From contig BFEA01000018.1 of assembly GCA_003427395.1 (NCBI GenBank), positions 1,055,952 through 1,119,951 on the forward strand: a stretch of DNA of 64,000 nucleotides. Direction: 5' to 3'. Position numbers and translations under genes: made by a program. The DNA comes from Chara braunii. Taxonomy: Eukaryota; Plantae; Charophyceae. Of this stretch, positions 60,200 through 64,000 are shown in pieces. The notes under the pieces were generated by a model, which was not told the origin of the DNA, ran no database searches, and saw only the letters and a program-made list of their open reading frames with translations. Each line of letters starts with the position of its first letter. Position 1 is the first letter of the stretch.

Positions 60200-61330
60200 G
60201 AAAAGCGAACTATGGACAAAACGCCGCCCCCCCCCAAAAAAAACACCATTCCGAAACGACACTACCAACACACCAGAGAACAAACACACACACAAGGCGT
60301 GCGAACCAGATACGACAGCCACTACCACCACCATAGCCTGTCCTCCGCCGTAGACGACAAAAAAGGTCCCACATCACAGCGCTACAAGACAACTAGCAAA
60401 AAAACGATACCACATAGCTACCTCCCTCCTGTACTCCAACAACGACAAACACCATACCAATTCATGCCGCCACAGGACGCTTTGACAGATACATCCCGCT
60501 CAATCAACCACACGTAAAAAACCCGATCGCCCCCTTTCGTCCCCACCTCCTACATGCGCCTTCCCTCATACACCTGAAAATTTCTTCTCCTCCCCCTGAA
60601 TGCAGCTAATACTCCAAACCCCTGTTTATCACCGCCCACACGCCTAACCCCCTTTCATCACTCACAACATGGAAAAACGAGCTATACACCCATGGTCTGA
60701 ACACCCTTACCTCCTCTATGATACATCAAGCACTATCACAGAACCACCGATACTACAAATAATGATATGCATGCGCTACACCACGCAGACGCCTGCATAC
60801 TTGTCATTGCCTCTTCTTTCTCTGAACCACCATTCTCCTCCTTCTCCCTCTTCGCAAGAGCAAGACAACTCGCGAACTGATACTCGTACCTTCAAGTGGT
60901 CTGGCTCACCATAGTGACCCCGAGCGCTGAGCTTACGCTGTAAGCCTTCTGATATTACGCTGCACGACCTTTGTGCTATGGCGGCGACTGATATCCCAGC
61001 GACACCGGCCATGACTGCTCAGGTATGTCCTTGCTAACATTGTTCTGCCACCTCTTGCCTATGTTTGATTCTTCTTCCCCCCCCACGCATTCCCACGACC
61101 TAATTGGAGTTGTTACTAAGTTAACCCCTCTGATGAGCTGCTATGGGTGCTAGGCGGCGAAAAGCGCGCTTAAGGGCGTGCACCCCCCTTACGGTTGGGC
61201 TGTTGCCCTTTCCTAATCTCTAACCCCCTAACGCTAGCAACTAAAATATTGCTCCCTCCTTAACATAATCTCCTCCTATACCTGCTAATTCCTTGAACAC
61301 ATGGTCCTCTTTGTGCTTCGTTTAATCTTC
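60200..61330 (+). mobile_element. Probable Penelope-like element 3' remnant
   Basis: Frameshifted peptides YMR..KFLLLPL and MEKRAIH.W../GLNTP resemble a GIY-YIG C-terminus and are followed by a type I hammerhead, the usual PLE pseudo-LTR layout. Boundaries are approximate. Confidence 0.5.
61126..61185 (+). ncRNA. Type I hammerhead ribozyme with palindromic stem III and loop II pseudoknot
   Basis: CCCT-CTGATGA-GCTGCTA-tgggtgc-TAGGCGGC-GAAA-AGCGCGCT-TA-AGGG. Predicted cleavage is after A61172. Loop GGGTGC is complementary to GCACCC at 61180-61185. Confidence 0.85.
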
Positions 61331-62966
61331 ATAGCTCGTTAAGCTAGCTAACAAACGATTGTTGGGCATTCTTTTTTGAGTTGCATCTTGTTTCCTGCTT
61401 TACGTACGATAGCCGTGTTACGTACCCCCCCCCCCCAAACACACACACATATAGACGCACGCACAAGGGGTAGAAGGAAATGCTTGTGTAGGAAACCCTC
61501 ACCCCTCCGCGAGGGAGAAGGTATAAAAATCTCGTCTGACAGTGAGGGAGAAGGAAAAGGCAGAAGTGGAAGAAGGAGGCAATGCATATATGGGAGATAA
61601 GGTTCAGGTCTCTGACGAGGAAGGAGCCAACAGGGGCAAACGACGTGAGACTTGGAATGGGGAAAGCGAGGGGGGACAAGACATACGCGATGAACCTGAG
61701 GAGGATGAGGAGAGAAGGGAAAGTCCGCTTGAAGGACGAAGCGGCCACGATAGTTGTGAGGGGTATGGGACGGGGACAGAGATTCCTTTTACCTACGATC
61801 CGAAGAACCTTGCAGGTGGGTATAGCCCCATACAGACAGAAGACGAGGAGGACGAGGAGGAGGATGTATGAGAAGTCATAAAAATCAGCAGCGGGGATGA
61901 GAGGGATGAGATCTCGAGACCTAGGAAAGAAGGGCCGATGCACCAGCCGGGCGACGGGGTTTTCGGATGGGAGGACGAGTTTGGGCCAACACCTAGTCAT
62001 TGGTTTCAGCAATGGACCAATGTGATCAGGCACGAATGGATTATCAAGACCCGGGAACTGACAAAGGCGGGCGTGGAAGCTACGCCGCTGGACTTCTTCA
62101 ATGAAATTGAACTACAGGAAATTGCAAGAAAGAAGAGAGAAATCGAGACCTACGACTTGGGGGTTAGGAAGTCTGCCAAGCAACAGAGAGGACAAGGAAC
62201 TGGGCAAGAAGAGGCGCAAGGCAGCAATAAGAACTAGGTGTTAACTTAGCATTGAAAAGGATCACTGCTTTTCTGTCTGCGGAGACATGAGAATGACGAG
62301 AACGTGTATAGCATGGGCAAGCTTGCTAAGGATGAAGTAAAAAGAGGGTCAGCTAAGGCTGTGTCATGATAAGATAGAAAATAGTTTTTTTAGGCTACTT
62401 TTTGGATGAGCTACCTTGGGTACATAAGACAAAGACATGGGATTTGGGATGAAACCAATTGGGAGAGGGTGTATTGTGAATTATGGATGGAATAAGGATT
62501 ACGCTTTTGAGAGGGGAAAACCTTGAGTACGGATTGACGAGCGAACCATGGCATTGAATGATTGGTCGAGTACAAGAGAGGTTAGAGAACCTATGGGTTA
62601 AGGGGCATGAAGAATACTCCTTTCCTAGAAGCCTAATCCAACCGAGTCATGAATTAGTCTGAGAATGGTCAAGATCTGAGTCGTCGGAACGAGTGAAGAA
62701 AAAAGCGAGCGCCCCTGTCTCTTGCTATGGTTGAACGGCCGAGTGAGCTAGTACTGCTTGGGGTCGCGAGCCCCAACTCGAGTGCTAGACGCTAAGTCGG
62801 ATGTATGCATTGATAGTACATTACTGTGAGAAATGGAATGGATAGTACATTACTGTGAGTAATGGAAGAAAGAGAACAGCACGCAAAAGATGAGATGGCC
62901 ACCTTCTAACCTCCAATACAGAAATAGGATCCGTAACCTCGAGGCCCACCCCCTTGGGCACTAACA

Positions 62967-63124
62967 TTGAGAATGGAAAGGAATGACCCTAACCAGGCTG
63001 TTCGACTTGAGAATGGAAAGGAATGACCCTAACCAGGCTGTTCGACTTGAGAATGGAAAGGAATGACCCTAATCAGGTTGTTCGACTTGAGAATGGAAAA
63101 AAACGACCCTAACCAGGTTGTTCG
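62967..63124 (+). repeat. 40-bp tandem repeat (TTGAGAATGGAAAGGAATGACCCTAACCAGGCTGTTCGAC) x4
   Basis: Four consecutive units. Confidence 0.85.
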
Positions 63125-63240
63125 GGAGTGGCCCCTGACAAGGGTCATTCCTTTTGAAATAGGCACTGGGGTCCCTTGCATATTTGATTAAGAAAGGTTG
63201 ATTGAGAAAGGTTGATTGAGAATGTGCTGGAATGAGCAAT

Positions 63241-63503
63241 AAGAGATGGAAAAGGCCGGTGGGTCGGTCATTGAAATAGCCAATGGGATGAATGGAAGAG
63301 ATGGAAAAGACCGGTAGGTCGGTCATTGAAATAGCCAAAGGATGAATGGAAGAGATGAAAAAGGCCGGTGGGTCGGTCATTGAAATGGCCAATGGGATGA
63401 ATGGAAGAGATGGAAAAGGCCGGCAGGTCAGTCATTGAAATAGCTAATGAGATGGACGAAAGAGATGGAAAAGGCCGGTGGGTCGGCCGCTGAAATAGCC
63501 AAG
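63241..63503 (+). repeat. ~54-bp tandem repeat (GAGATGGAAAAGGCCGGTGGGTCGGTCATTGAAATAGCCAATGGGATGAATGGAA) x5
   Basis: Five consecutive degenerate units. Confidence 0.85.
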
Positions 63504-64000
63504 GGGGCGGAAGAAAGATGTGAATGAGAAAGACATGATAAAGAAGGCGGAGCCTTAAAGCCGAGAAGGGCAGAGACCGTTGAGACGGTCACAGAGATTG
63601 GGTGTTGAGGAACGAGAGAATTGAGGATTGAATGGGCGGAAAGGTCAGTCTTGAGAAATGACTATTGAGAAAATGACCGTTAGACCAGCCATGTGGGTGA
63701 CCTTGTTGATGAGAGGCTATCGGACCAGCGATGAGAATTAGCCTTGGAAATAGCATGGGATTGAGTGTTTGAAGATTGAATATTGCATTGCATAGCCAGG
63801 GGACCCTAGGTAACTTGATGTAAGGTCGTCGGACCGACCATGGAAATAGCAAGAGATTGAGCTTTCTTTTTTTCTAGGTCTCAACATAAGGGGGATAGCA
63901 ATGCCTGCATCGCGACCAGGGTTGTCACGCGGGGATCCCCGGGGCCCAAGCCGGGGTACGGGTTTCACCCCCGGACCCCCGCCAAAACACCCCCCCCCCC

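Larger units (their letters stand above)
61416..64000 (+). mobile_element. Probable LTR-retrotransposon LTR/accessory region, with a possible second LTR start at 63923
   Basis: TGTTACG at 61416 and TGTCACG at 63923. Contains a disrupted acidic ORF (61542-62237, one in-frame stop) and internal tandem arrays. No gag/pol in the window. Confidence 0.35.

Overview
Repeat-rich eukaryotic nuclear DNA from a draft assembly, with N gaps at 1825-1898, 17291-17345, 29496-30290 and 45656-45676 and abundant (GA)n/(CA)n microsatellites. The gene and repeat content suggests a streptophyte alga such as Chara (inference). There are two intronless host genes: a PLAC8/CNR8-like protein (6614-7594) and a plastid YGGT/YLMG2 homologue (28458-29414). 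Much of the rest is decayed L1/Tx1-type LINEs, including a full-length 10.4-kb copy with a 16-bp TSD nested in another LINE. Also present are tRNA-derived SINE-like repeats, non-autonomous TIR elements, a polyadenylated U6 copy, a Penelope-like remnant with a type I hammerhead ribozyme, a probable LTR segment and a Nextera adapter artefact. Most notable: (1) a hairpin plus H-type pseudoknot with compensatory changes in the 3' UTR of four divergent LINE tails; (2) a Nudix-like domain at the ORF1 C-terminus of two divergent LINEs; (3) a hammerhead core just upstream of the U6 retrocopy; (4) SINE heads resembling bacterial-type tRNA-Ala(GGC), one fused head-to-head with a second tRNA-like head. 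All family assignments are from motif recognition by eye; no searches were run.
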